Positions 1 through 10,070 of a DNA stretch of 32,000 nucleotides are shown here, piece by piece. Each line of letters starts with the position of its first letter. Position 1 is the first letter of the stretch. Origin of the DNA: Candidatus Saccharimonadota bacterium (GTDB lineage Bacteria; Patescibacteriota; Patescibacteriia; 2-12-FULL-60-25). The notes below the pieces were generated by a model. That model had not been told where the DNA came from and searched no databases. It was given only the letters and a program-made list of their open reading frames with translations. The stretch covers positions 660,001 to 692,000 of the forward strand of contig OY970357.1 in NCBI GenBank assembly GCA_963718585.1. Reading direction: 5' to 3'. The translations under genes and the position numbers were made by a program.

Positions 1-351
1 ATCCCAGCCGTCTTCGCGAGCCAATCGCACGAAAAATCCTGTTGCCGCCCCAACATCAAGCAAGGTCCCGCGACCGGGTCGCACGGAGGTCATGAGATCC
101 AAATATCGGCGAAAGACCGGGATCATGGACGCTTTGTCCGCGTCATAATCTACGTACCCGAAACCTCCCTGTGCGCCATGAAAATAGTCCGCCGTATAAA
201 TGGCAGAAAGATCAGACGGCGTCGGATGCACGAAGGTGAATGCGCAGGAATGACACCGGAAAAGCTGATAGCCATTCACCGTCGCCCACGCTCCGGTCTC
301 TGCACCGCAGAGCGGACACCTCACGGTTTGCGCGTATGCCTGATCTTCCAT
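1..351 (-). CDS. Class I SAM-dependent methyltransferase with N-terminal CxxC..CxxC zinc ribbon (3' end runs off the window)
   Basis: Own translation from ATG at 351-349 on the minus strand: MEDQAYAQTVRCPLCGAETGAWATVNGYQLFRCHSCAFTFVHP...GTLLDVGAATGFFVRLAREDGWD. LDVGxxxG is SAM-binding motif I. The frame stays open to base 1. Absent from the ORF track because it is open-ended. Confidence 0.65.
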   Translation of the reverse strand, partial: MEDQAYAQTVRCPLCGAETGAWATVNGYQLFRCHSCAFTFVHPTPSDLSAIYTADYFHGAQGGFGYVDYDADKASMIPVFRRYLDLMTSVRPGRGTLLDVGAATGFFVRLAREDGWD

Positions 352-1031
352 GGCGTGATCAATGCCTCACGAATGATGTGATGCGTGAGCTTCGACTCTC
401 CTTCTAACCGATTCCGAAAGACGATGGGCGTCTCCACGAATGTCGCTCCGCTCTCGACGAGCTTGTATTTTAGGACGAACTGAAAGGCATACCCGCGCGC
501 TTCGTCCGGCGAAAGGAGGATCTTTCGGAGAGCCTCCGCGCGGATGCCGTTGAATCCACCGGTGATGTCCTTGATCCGGATGCCGCTGACGGCCCGGAGA
601 TACTCGTTCCCTCCTCCGCTCAAGAACCGCCGCCACCATTCCCATCCGACGAGGCCGCCGCCGGCGATGTACCGTGATCCGATCACGAGATCCGCACGGC
701 GCAAAAGGTCACGAAATGTGGGAAGGTACACCGGATCATGCGACAGGTCCGCATCCATCATGATGATGGAATCGATGTCTGATTCGCGTTCCAATAACAT
801 CCGAAACGCATCGATATATGCGCGCGCAAAACCAGCCTTTTGATTATGCGCATACAATTCCAAACGCGGATGACTCTCCATGAGGCGTCGGACCTCATCC
901 GCCGTTCCATCCGGGGAATCATCATCAACGACGACGACCGAAGCATCCGGAGCGATCGCAAAGACCTTCGGGATCAAGACGGCGATATTTCCGCGTTCGT
1001 TATAGGTCGGAATGACAATGAAATCTTTCAT
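321..1031 (-). CDS. GT2 polyprenol-phosphate mannosyltransferase-like (Dpm1/Ppm1 type), soluble 236 aa
   Basis: MKDFIVIPTYNERGNI...VVVVDDDSPDGT...IIMMDADLSHDP is the classic GT2 DxD/DAD architecture, with a length typical of dolichol/polyprenol-P-mannose synthases. ATGA overlap with the upstream gene at 1028-1031. Confidence 0.85.
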   Translation of the reverse strand: MKDFIVIPTYNERGNIAVLIPKVFAIAPDASVVVVDDDSPDGTADEVRRLMESHPRLELYAHNQKAGFARAYIDAFRMLLERESDIDSIIMMDADLSHDPVYLPTFRDLLRRADLVIGSRYIAGGGLVGWEWWRRFLSGGGNEYLRAVSGIRIKDITGGFNGIRAEALRKILLSPDEARGYAFQFVLKYKLVESGATFVETPIVFRNRLEGESKLTHHIIREALITPWKIRHTRKP

Positions 1032-2023
1032 GTGGATGTCGCTGCCTTTATGCCAAAACCGCGCCAGCTATTCGCATAGCGAGGGGTCACGACCACGTCC
1101 CGCATATGGGCGGCGTCGAACCATTCACGAAAATCATCACCTCGGATATAGAAGGCGATCTCGGGCAAAAGATGATCAAAGACGATCGAGTAGTTCTCAC
1201 GAAACGAATAGCCGGAGATCGAACACAGGTAGGACGAATACGGCAGGATGTGCTGAAGCCACCCAAAATGAGGGCGCGTTGCAGGACGATACAAGCAGAT
1301 CAGCAGAGTCTGGAGCACGACCGAAAGGCAAAAGGCGATCGCCTTCGTGACGGGCAATGGGAGCTTTGAGGTCACACGGCGGATCGGATTGAGCACATGA
1401 ATGATCCATCCATTCCCCTCTCGTCCGTAGACCCATGCAGACACCGATCCGCCGGGGCGGACCTTCTCGACCATCTTCAAAAATGCGCGACGCGGATCCG
1501 GCGTATGATGCAACACACCGATCGAATACGCATAGTCAAAACGCGGCTTCAACGGGAGATGAAAGACATCCGCCTGGATGATGTGGACCCCCTCCATGCG
1601 TCCGACGTTCGCAAAGGCGACGTCCACGGCTTTGGAGAGATCAATCCCAACGACCTGTGCCGCGCCGAACTTCTTTGCCTGCAAAACATGACGTCCTTTG
1701 CCGCAGCCCACATCCAACACCGTTTTGCCGACAAAATGATCACGCGTGACAGGCTTGATCCAGCTGAGAAACTGCGCCTCGTACTCGGGCGTGATCATGT
1801 CGAATTGTTTCCACTCTTCGCCGAACCGTTCCGCGGTCGTCAGATTGGTCGTATCGACCGCGTCTGAGCGAAGACGCGGGACTCCACGCACGATCGGATG
1901 CGGACCGCATGCGCACGTCAGCGCTCCCTCCATGACCTCATTCCCCTCTCGCGCATCGACGCGGCAGGCGTAGGGCCCGCCACATGCGGGACACTGCAGG
2001 AGATCGAGCAACGATTCTTTCAT
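1028..2023 (-). CDS. SAM-dependent methyltransferase with N-terminal Trm112-like zinc ribbon
   Basis: N-terminus LLQCPACGG...LTCACG (zinc ribbon), then VLDVGCGKGRH (motif I) and a Methyltransf_11-like core. Hydrophobic C-terminal segment. ATGA overlap at 2020-2023. Confidence 0.8.
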   Translation of the reverse strand: MKESLLDLLQCPACGGPYACRVDAREGNEVMEGALTCACGPHPIVRGVPRLRSDAVDTTNLTTAERFGEEWKQFDMITPEYEAQFLSWIKPVTRDHFVGKTVLDVGCGKGRHVLQAKKFGAAQVVGIDLSKAVDVAFANVGRMEGVHIIQADVFHLPLKPRFDYAYSIGVLHHTPDPRRAFLKMVEKVRPGGSVSAWVYGREGNGWIIHVLNPIRRVTSKLPLPVTKAIAFCLSVVLQTLLICLYRPATRPHFGWLQHILPYSSYLCSISGYSFRENYSIVFDHLLPEIAFYIRGDDFREWFDAAHMRDVVVTPRYANSWRGFGIKAATST

Positions 2024-2994
2024 ACAGACGCGGGAAGGTTCAACGTCTCACGGATCGAATAAGCGGTGGTGCCGCGGGATTCATAATAGGTCCGCATCTG
2101 GACCTCTGCCATGAGTCCGAAAAGGATGAATTGCACACCAACGATGATGAACATCGCTCCCACGATCGGGAGCGGCGTCTCGACCAGATGCAATCCGAGG
2201 AATCGCAGGACGACGGCGGCGACCTCGGCCATGCCGCCCAAAAGCAACGATGCAAAACCGATCGCGCCGAAGAAATGCATCGGCCGATTGAAATATTTGG
2301 TGAGGAACTTCACGACGATCAGATCGAGCAGCACCTTGAAGACGCGCGACATCCCATACTTGGAGACCCCGGAGACACGCGGCCGATGATGCACGACGAC
2401 CTCGCAGACGCGTCCGCCGGACCATGCCGCATACGCCGGGATGAATCGATGCATCTCGCCGTACAGGTCGATCCCTTGGATCAGATCGCGGGAATACGCT
2501 TTCATACTGCACCCGTAATCATGGAGCTTCACGCCGGTCATCCATGAGATGAGCGCATTCGCCATCCATGACGGGAGCTTCCGTGCGACGAGCTTGTCTT
2601 TCCGCTCTTTCCGCCATCCAGAGACGCAGGAATATCCCTCGTCGATCTTCGCAAGGAACACCGGGATGTCCGCGGGATCATTCTGCAGATCTGCATCCAT
2701 CGGAATGATGATATCCCCGGTCGCAAGACGCATGCCGCACGACATCGCAGCGGTCTGCCCGAAATTCCGCCGGAAGAACACGACCTTCACCCGCGGATCC
2801 GCGGCCGCCAGAGAGCGCAGGATCTCCGGACTCCGATCCTTGGACCCGTCATCGACAAAGATGAATTCAAAAGAGAGGTCCGGGCGTTTCCCGGCCTCTG
2901 CCGCGAGTTCATCGCGGAGGCGCGCCACGTTCCCCTCTTCGTTATAGACCGGAACGACGACCGTGACGGACCGATAGGACGCTCCCTCGCTCAT
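2020..2994 (-). CDS. GT2 polyisoprenyl-phosphate glycosyltransferase (GtrB/ArnC-like) with two C-terminal TM helices
   Basis: VTVVVPVYNEEGNV...FIFVDDGSKDRS...IIPMDADLQNDP, then the hydrophobic C-terminus HFFGAIGFASLLLGG...PIVGAMFIIVGVQFILFGL. Start re-called to ATG 2994 (MSEGAS...), which gives an ATGA overlap with the stop at 2991. The track start at 3009 is a GTG. Confidence 0.85.
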   Translation of the reverse strand: MSEGASYRSVTVVVPVYNEEGNVARLRDELAAEAGKRPDLSFEFIFVDDGSKDRSPEILRSLAAADPRVKVVFFRRNFGQTAAMSCGMRLATGDIIIPMDADLQNDPADIPVFLAKIDEGYSCVSGWRKERKDKLVARKLPSWMANALISWMTGVKLHDYGCSMKAYSRDLIQGIDLYGEMHRFIPAYAAWSGGRVCEVVVHHRPRVSGVSKYGMSRVFKVLLDLIVVKFLTKYFNRPMHFFGAIGFASLLLGGMAEVAAVVLRFLGLHLVETPLPIVGAMFIIVGVQFILFGLMAEVQMRTYYESRGTTAYSIRETLNLPASV

Positions 2995-4872
2995 ACCTTT
3001 AAAGCCCACCTACGGTACCACAATTGAAAGCTCAGTAAAGCCCACAATTCCTTCCGCCGATCGATCCGACCGGACCCCTGCTCCTGAAGCAGGCGATGGA
3101 CGAGATCCGGCGAAAAAAGCCCCTGTTCACGCAAAAAAGCCTCTGACGTCACATCCCGCAAACGCTCTGCCAACGGCCCCTTGAGCCATGCGGCCACCGG
3201 TATGGCGAATCCGTGTTTTGGGCGGTCAAGAACCTGATCCGGGATCCGTCCGCGCAGCAACTCCTTGAAAAGTCGCTTCTTCCTCCAAGCGCCGAACGTG
3301 TACGTGGGCGGAAGCCGCAACAGATAGGCCACTACCTCCGCATCAAGCAACGGCGCGCGCGCTTCCAATCCGTACCACATGGTCGCCCGGTCGACCTTGA
3401 CCATCACATCATCCATCAGATACGTGCGAAGATACGCCCAAGACCACGCCTTCCAGACCGAGGCGTCTGCACCTGCTTCGGCGGCGCGCATCGACAACAT
3501 CCGCTCAGCCGTATCGGCGGGGATCTGCCGACGGATCGCTTCAACGAACAATCGGGAAGCGGTCGGAGCGTCGAATGCGCCGCGCCACGCGACATCGCGC
3601 GCCCACACGTTCCCTTCGACGAGACCACGCGCGAACCGCTGCGCTTTGAACCCAGGACTGAAATAGCCCTCGCCCGCCGGGACGCGACGCAGGACCGCAG
3701 CAGATACTTTGCGGAGAGACGACGGAAGCGCCCCAATGCGCTCCATAAGGACGTGCGCTTGAATATGAGGATACCCACGCAGCAACTCGTCGCCGCCATC
3801 ACCGGACAAAGCCACGGTCAACCGAGAGCGCGTGAACCGCGACAGATGGAGCTGCGGAAGGACGGATGGATCCGCAAGGGGTTCATCGAACGCTTCGACT
3901 GCCTCATCAAGAAGCTCAAGGGCGGCATTCGGCGTCAGGACATCTTCATGATGGATCAATCCCAGAGCTTGGGCGACGTCCCGCGCTGCGGATCGCTCAT
4001 CATGCGACCGGTCTTCAAAACCGATCGTAAAAGCCTCAAGCGGTCGACCTGCCTGACGCGCGGCGCTTTCCGCAACGACCGCGGAATCGACGCCGCCTGA
4101 AAGAAAAAGTCCGAGTGGGACATCGGCGATGAGACGATCACGGACAGCGCGATCTACGCGCGACGCGGAGCCCGGCGACGGCGGATGACGGATCCACCGC
4201 CGTCTCGCCGGACGGACATTCCCAAAAGCGCCACGTACGCTCGATGCGCGCGTCGGCGAATGCCATTGCGCTCGCCGGTTCGAGCTTGTGAACGCCTTGA
4301 AAGATCGTCCGCGGCGTCGGGACCGCATCGGTCCGAAGGAAGGCGCTCAATGACGCGGGATCGATCTTCCGTTCGACGACGCCGGCCGCGAGCAAGCCCT
4401 TCAGCTCCGATGCGAACCACAACGTCCCGCCTTGCACGGTCCAATACAGCGGTTTCTTCCCCAATCGATCGCGGGCAAGGATGAGTCGGGAGCGATGTGC
4501 ATCCCAGATCGCGATCGCGAACATGCCCTGCAGATGCTCGAAGCATGCATCGCCCCACTCTTCATATGCATGGACGATCGTTTCCGTATCCGTCCCTGTC
4601 GAGAATCGGTGGCCAAGCGACACAAGCGCATCCCGCAACTCCCGAAACCCGTAGATCTCACCGTTCAACATGGCCCACACCGTCCCATCTTCGTTGCATA
4701 ATGGCTGATGACCCCCGGCGACGTCGATGATCGATAGACGCCGAAAGGCGAATCCAACGCCTGATGATTCATGAAACCCCTCATCATCCGGTCCGCGACG
4801 ACGGATCGCTCTGCTCATCCGTTCAAGAGCCGCCCGATCGCCGGTACCGGCATATCCTGCGATGCCACACAT
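2991..4872 (-). pseudogene. Asparagine synthase (glutamine-hydrolysing) family amidotransferase, split by one frameshift
   Basis: ORF 4138-4872 is the N-terminal class-II glutamine amidotransferase (GATase) domain (MCGIAGYAG...). ORF 2991-4328 carries the synthetase domain (DVPLGLFLSGGVDSAVV...) in a frame offset by 1. The two frames meet at about 4150-4180. Joined length is about 627 aa, matching the intact paralogue at 13858-15765. Confidence 0.7.
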
Positions 4873-4873
4873 A

Positions 4874-6031
4874 TCAAGAATGATGGCTCACGAACGCGGC
4901 GATCCCCTTCCCCCGTTCCTGCCAGGTGTACCGCTGCGCACGCTCACGTGCATGTATCCGCATCACGGAACGCAGATCTTCAGAGCGATCACGGAGTGCG
5001 CTCATAGCGCGGAGGAACGCCCCTCCGTCATCCGGCGTGAAAAAGATCGCGATCGTCTCATCCAGGATCTCATGCGACGATGGAACGTCGCTCGCAATGA
5101 CCGGAAGCCCGGCGGCGAGATATTCAAAGAGCTTCAACGGCGAGGTATACAGACGCCCGATCTCGTATTTCGCCGAGGTCGGCAGGAGTGCGGCGTCCGC
5201 CGCCGCGAGCCAGCGATGCGCCTCAGCGCGCGGGACATGGCCCGTGAAGCGTACGCGCGTCGTTTCCGTAGGAAGCAGTTTCTTGATCCGCGCAATATCG
5301 TCCGGATTCCCGCCGACGATCACCAATTCGCACTCGTCCGGAATGTCGCCGAATGACGGCGCAAGCGCATCGATCCCCTTCCACGGGAACAAGTGGCCGG
5401 TATACACGATCAAGAAGACGTTCTGATCGACACCGAGTGCTGTCCGTGCGGTTTCGCGGTTCGGGAGACCGGTGAACTCTTCCGGGTCATATGCATCCGG
5501 CGCCACGAGGATCCGCTCTTCGGCGATCCCCTCTTTCATCAGGAGATCCTTCAACGCGGTGCTGATGACCACGAATCCCGCGACCTTCGGCGCGACCCGT
5601 CGCCACCGCACAACATTCGCGCGCGGGTCCTCGTGCAATTCAAGTAAGATCGGTCGTTGTTCCGGCAATGTCCGCAACGTATCAACCACAGCGGGATCAC
5701 GCGTATACCACGCATCCGCTTCTGCGAAAGCCGCAGCGTTCCGGACGACGCTCCGCAGGAATGACCAGCGCAAAAACCAATACGCTGGTCCATAGAGGAA
5801 CGGCGGCGCGCGGTGGAGCACATCGAACACTGGCAATGCCGTCACGGAAAATCGCGGTTCTACATCGTAGTGCGTGAACGGTTCCGCGCCGTGGAACGCG
5901 TTAGTGCGGTCGGCGTAATACAGCCGGACCTCCGCGCCGGACAACGCCAGCGCCTCGCAGGTCTTCATGATCTGATATCCGTGCGCCTTCTCGGTCGGCA
6001 AACGGACGTTTTCGATATAGGCGATCTTCAT
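4874..6031 (-). CDS. GT4-family glycosyltransferase (GT-B fold)
   Basis: MKIAYIENVRLPTEKAHGYQIMKTCEAL... with a C-terminal Glycos_transf_1-like region (YTSPLKLFEYLAAGLPVIASD). Start re-called to ATG 6031, giving an ATGA overlap with the stop at 6028. Confidence 0.8.
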   Translation of the reverse strand: MKIAYIENVRLPTEKAHGYQIMKTCEALALSGAEVRLYYADRTNAFHGAEPFTHYDVEPRFSVTALPVFDVLHRAPPFLYGPAYWFLRWSFLRSVVRNAAAFAEADAWYTRDPAVVDTLRTLPEQRPILLELHEDPRANVVRWRRVAPKVAGFVVISTALKDLLMKEGIAEERILVAPDAYDPEEFTGLPNRETARTALGVDQNVFLIVYTGHLFPWKGIDALAPSFGDIPDECELVIVGGNPDDIARIKKLLPTETTRVRFTGHVPRAEAHRWLAAADAALLPTSAKYEIGRLYTSPLKLFEYLAAGLPVIASDVPSSHEILDETIAIFFTPDDGGAFLRAMSALRDRSEDLRSVMRIHARERAQRYTWQERGKGIAAFVSHHS

Positions 6032-6672
6032 GCTGAAACGTGGGCTGAAACGAGCCAAAAGCACGTCACAGATGGACGGCGTATCCGTGATCTTGTCATT
6101 TTCTCCCACGCGAGGATGAACGGAAGGACGATAAGGCGGATCAGCTTGGAACCGCGCCCCGGCATGAGCGCAAAGGCGAAGGCGATCGCCGGACCTCCGC
6201 AGGCCGTGACCGTGATCTGCTCATACCCACACTGTCGCAACAACTTCTCGACACCTTCCGCAGTCCAGCGGTGATAGTCATGCGGCTCCGGCGTCTCCGG
6301 AAAAAAGAACGGAAACGATGCCAGAAAACGACCGCCCGGCTTCAAAACACGCCGGATCTCCGCAAGCGTCTTCGCGGGATCTTCCAGGATATACAGCATG
6401 TTCAGCGCCAGCGCACCGTCGAATGACGCATCAGGAAAAGGAAAGACATCGTTCGCATCCATCCGTAGCGCGCCATCCGTGTCACGGACATCTGTCGCGA
6501 TACGTTCGGAGCTTTCAGGAAGATACGCCGCATAACTCGGCGACGCACCGCCTCCGATATCAAGGATACGTCCTTGAAACGACGCCAACTCGGACGAGAG
6601 GTGTCGGTTCATGATGGCGCGCCCATAACTTTTGCCGCGCAGGAGTTCATGGAAAAGGGTCGGCGGTTTCAT
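6028..6672 (-). CDS. Class I SAM-dependent methyltransferase (Methyltransf_11-like)
   Basis: RILDIGGGASP (motif I)...FDGALALNMLYILEDP...LKPGGRFL. Start re-called to ATG 6672 (MKPPTLFHELL), giving an ATGA overlap with the stop at 6669. The longer track N-terminus is Arg/Pro-rich and looks non-coding. Confidence 0.75.
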   Translation of the reverse strand: MKPPTLFHELLRGKSYGRAIMNRHLSSELASFQGRILDIGGGASPSYAAYLPESSERIATDVRDTDGALRMDANDVFPFPDASFDGALALNMLYILEDPAKTLAEIRRVLKPGGRFLASFPFFFPETPEPHDYHRWTAEGVEKLLRQCGYEQITVTACGGPAIAFAFALMPGRGSKLIRLIVLPFILAWEKMTRSRIRRPSVTCFWLVSAHVSA

Positions 6673-7274
6673 AGGACGTTCCGTTTTCGGAGACGATAGA
6701 AATGATGATAGGGCATCCAGGGAGAAAGTCCCTCCCGTTCGACCGTAAAGACCTCTTCGATCTTCGAACGGACGGCTTGGGGCGCGTACCCCTTCTTCCC
6801 GATCTCCCAAAAATGTTCTCCTCCCGGGGGATGCGCAACGGAGATCGGGAGCTTCCATGCCTTTGCGATACGGGGAACGCCCGGGAGATCGATGATGCAC
6901 CGAACCGTATAGCCCCAGTGCGGTAAGGAGATGACGGCCCCCTTCCGGGCAACGCGGGAGATCTCACGTAAACATCGATCGAATGATTCGAACGGAAGAT
7001 GCTCGAGTACTTCCGCGCACAACACGACGTCGACGGATGCATCCGGCAAAGGGATCTGTTCAACGCTTCCAATGATGTCCGGGTGCAGAGCGGGATCTAG
7101 ATCAAGCGTCGTGACCGTGACCCCCTGCCCGCGCAACGCAGCCGTCACGATCCCGTTTCCGACCCCGATCTCCAGACACTCTGCAGGTTCGAACGTCAAA
7201 ACCTCGTCGATCTGGGTGAAGTAGCTCGCCCAGCGCTCTGCGGATTCGTATTTTTGCCAAGATTGGAAAGACAT
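6669..7274 (-). CDS. Class I SAM-dependent methyltransferase
   Basis: CLEIGVGNGIV (motif I)...VDVVLCAEVLEHLP...ARKGAVISL. Start re-called to ATG 7274 (MSFQSWQKYE), 2 nt after the upstream stop at 7277. Confidence 0.75.
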   Translation of the reverse strand: MSFQSWQKYESAERWASYFTQIDEVLTFEPAECLEIGVGNGIVTAALRGQGVTVTTLDLDPALHPDIIGSVEQIPLPDASVDVVLCAEVLEHLPFESFDRCLREISRVARKGAVISLPHWGYTVRCIIDLPGVPRIAKAWKLPISVAHPPGGEHFWEIGKKGYAPQAVRSKIEEVFTVEREGLSPWMPYHHFYRLRKRNVL

Positions 7275-7276
7275 AC

Positions 7277-10066
7277 TCAAAAGACGCGGATCGCCCGCAG
7301 CACATCGCGAGACGACATCCACCACAAAATGGGAATACGCGGGATATTGAAGCGATCGGAATCCGCAGTCCATCGCCCGGGCATGACCCCGAATGCGGCA
7401 ACGAATCCGGCGTCTGCGGTGAGTGCACGGATGCGTGCATCCGACTTTCCACTTGGATAAGCAAAAACCTTCGGTGCTTCCGGTGGATTCAAACGCTGAA
7501 TGAAGGATGCTGACGCGCGGATCTCCTCCTCCGCATCCGTTGGTGAAAGCGTTGTCAGTTTCGTATGCGAGACCCCATGTCCGCCGATAGTGAACTGGGC
7601 ATCCACAAGCGAGGGAAGTTCATCTTCACCAAGGACCGGACGGATCATGCCGTCTGAACTCTCATGCGTTCGGATACCGCTCGGAGCGAAGACGACGGCG
7701 CCGAGCCCTGCCGACCGCAAAACAGGAAGGACCGTCGCGATATCGGACGTCGCGTCGTCAAAGGTGAGCAATATGTTCTCTGGACCCTGCGCCATCGGAC
7801 CGGATTCAAATACCGCAGGGAGGCTCTTTACGCGGAGACCGAACGCGGAAAGGCGGTCCATTAAAGCCGAAAAACGATCCACGTCCCATCCGGCCGCGCC
7901 TTTTCCATCCATCGCGTGGTACATGAGCACCGCGATCCCGCCCCGTTTCGAAGGGATGAAACGCCAAAGCAGACGCCGGATCCGCTGCTTCAACCGAGGT
8001 CGTGGCGCGCGTTCAAAAAGGAATGCGGCGATCCGACGGACGTTTCCGGTCAGCGAGTGGGAGGCGAGGGCCCACGTCCGGACGCGGTCACGAAGGTGCG
8101 CACGCTCGCTTGGTGACATTCGCAAGAGACGCTCGAGCGCATCCGTCATCCCCTGTGCATCGGATACACACAACCAGTCAAGATCAGACGGCAGACCCCG
8201 CAGATATCCACGGGTCATGGCGATCGGGATGCATCCCGTGGCCGCCGCCTCAATGATCGTCTTGTCCATGGAACCAGGCGTCGCATTAATGAGTACGTCC
8301 GCCTGGCGGTACAGATCAGGGGCAGAGGCATGAGGAACATTGCGCTCTTCCCACGTCGCGCCCTGCGGCATCGCCGACCGGAGCTCTGCTGCCTCCTTCT
8401 GATCCGTCGTCGGGCCGACGACGTTCAGCACGACCCGTCCCGTCTCATGAAGCGACGCAAGCGACCGGGCGATCCACGGAACCCGCTTGACCGGGGACAC
8501 CCGACCGAAGACAAGCACGCGCATCGGTCCTTCCTGCACCTCGCGCACATCAGGGGTGAAGAGCTGCGTGTCGATGTGATGACCGACGGGGATCGCGGAC
8601 CGCAAGGGATTCGATTCTGGAACGGCGGTCACGACCTCGTTCGCCCACGGGACCGCCAACCAGAACCACGGCCCCTTGACCGTATAGTGCGTATACCAAA
8701 AGACGACCCGCTTGCCGAGAAGTCGCCAGAGCCAGCCGAGGCAGGCGACATATTGCGCGTCGCCGCGCACGAAGACGGATCGATATCGGAATCGTTCCTT
8801 CCACGAGATCCGGGCGATCGTCAAAAGGACGATCCACCGCGAGGAGGAATCCGCGGGCCGCGAGCGGACGACCTCGATCCCCTCTCCAAGATCCGGAGGC
8901 GGATCGCTCACGCGGAGCGCACAGACGATCGCGCGGCCGCGTTCTGCGAATGCGCGGAGCCAGCCGACGAAGAAGCCGAACAGGGCGTCATCTTCATCAA
9001 CGGCCTGCGCGCAGATGAGCGCACGTGGCTTTTCTTCAATGATGCCCTGCCACGCTTCTATCTGCAGGCGTACAGAAGCATCCGGAGTGAGTGCGTCAGA
9101 GATGCGTACCTCCCCGCTCCCGAGACGCGCCGCAAGTGCCGCAGCGATCGCTTCCGGATCCGGTGCGACGACGGTCGCGGCGCCGCGCTCTGCGAGCCAC
9201 GAAGCACAACCCGTATCGGTCATCACGACCGGCACGCCCGCCTCGGCCGCCTCGACGGCAGCGACGCCCCAACCCTCATGCGCGGAAACGAGCGCGAACA
9301 CGTCGGCACGAGCGAGCCAAGGTGACGGATCACCGGCACCGGCGAACGTGACCACATCCGTCATTCCGCGCGCTGACACAAGCTGCTCCAACCGTGCGCG
9401 CTCCGGCCCGTCACCAACGATGGCGAGCCTGACGAATGAATGTGCCTGACGTAGCGTTTCGACTGCGCGGATCAACAGATCGAATCGTTTGACCGGGATC
9501 AGACGACCGACGGAAACGATCAAGCCATTCTCCGGCGCGCGGGCGATCCCCGCGAACCGATCATCAGCGGCGATCGGGAGCAGATAGGTCTTCTCTTTCA
9601 TCCAACTGGCACCGATCAGATCGAAACTCTTCGGACTCACGGTACGGATCCGTGATGCACGGCGTACCAACCACTGGGCGAGATGTTTCCGGATCACCCA
9701 CAACGGTTCATCCGCCGTTCCCCCATCGAAGAATCCGCCATGATCCTGGATCTCAAACGGCTTTTCGTACATCCGTGCCGCGCGCCATGCCGCCCATCCG
9801 AGCTCGAACGGATCCTGCGCCGTGACCAGGTCACAGATCAACAACCCTTTTCGCGCTTCCCGCACAAGTCGTCTCAGACGCACAAAGGGGTTTGATCCCC
9901 CGGTCCCGTGTACGCGAAGTCCTTTTTCTTCCCAGTGCGCATCAGACGGAGCCGCGATCACGATATCCAATTCCGCACCGTACGCGACAAGCCGCCGCCA
10001 CCGTTGGGAAACAGCGGATCCAGGGTCGAGACCGGCACGGTCTCTACTCAGCATCAAAACGCGCAT
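7277..10066 (-). CDS. 929-aa tri-domain enzyme: GT4 glycosyltransferase + second GT-B glycosyltransferase-like domain + C-terminal polysaccharide deacetylase (NodB/CE4)
   Basis: Residues 1 to about 345: GT4 (VSVGRLIPVKRFDLLI...EGWGVAAVEAAEAGVPVV). Residues about 350-700: a second Rossmann-type GT-B region (VFGRVSPVKRVPW...DKTIIEAAATGCIPIA). Residues about 720-929: CE4 motifs LLTFDDATSD and GGHGVSHTKL. Confidence 0.8.
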   Translation of the reverse strand: MRVLMLSRDRAGLDPGSAVSQRWRRLVAYGAELDIVIAAPSDAHWEEKGLRVHGTGGSNPFVRLRRLVREARKGLLICDLVTAQDPFELGWAAWRAARMYEKPFEIQDHGGFFDGGTADEPLWVIRKHLAQWLVRRASRIRTVSPKSFDLIGASWMKEKTYLLPIAADDRFAGIARAPENGLIVSVGRLIPVKRFDLLIRAVETLRQAHSFVRLAIVGDGPERARLEQLVSARGMTDVVTFAGAGDPSPWLARADVFALVSAHEGWGVAAVEAAEAGVPVVMTDTGCASWLAERGAATVVAPDPEAIAAALAARLGSGEVRISDALTPDASVRLQIEAWQGIIEEKPRALICAQAVDEDDALFGFFVGWLRAFAERGRAIVCALRVSDPPPDLGEGIEVVRSRPADSSSRWIVLLTIARISWKERFRYRSVFVRGDAQYVACLGWLWRLLGKRVVFWYTHYTVKGPWFWLAVPWANEVVTAVPESNPLRSAIPVGHHIDTQLFTPDVREVQEGPMRVLVFGRVSPVKRVPWIARSLASLHETGRVVLNVVGPTTDQKEAAELRSAMPQGATWEERNVPHASAPDLYRQADVLINATPGSMDKTIIEAAATGCIPIAMTRGYLRGLPSDLDWLCVSDAQGMTDALERLLRMSPSERAHLRDRVRTWALASHSLTGNVRRIAAFLFERAPRPRLKQRIRRLLWRFIPSKRGGIAVLMYHAMDGKGAAGWDVDRFSALMDRLSAFGLRVKSLPAVFESGPMAQGPENILLTFDDATSDIATVLPVLRSAGLGAVVFAPSGIRTHESSDGMIRPVLGEDELPSLVDAQFTIGGHGVSHTKLTTLSPTDAEEEIRASASFIQRLNPPEAPKVFAYPSGKSDARIRALTADAGFVAAFGVMPGRWTADSDRFNIPRIPILWWMSSRDVLRAIRVF

Positions 10067-10070
10067 GGGA

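Noticed and set aside
6673-6900. Long N-terminal extensions given by the ORF track (e.g. 6028-6900, 6669-7373, 4874-6109, 10660-11835, 12930-13928, 20631-24443)
   Set aside because: The extensions overlap the upstream gene, are Arg/Pro/Gly-rich, and precede internal ATGs that give canonical family N-termini and ATGA or short junctions. The shorter starts were adopted.
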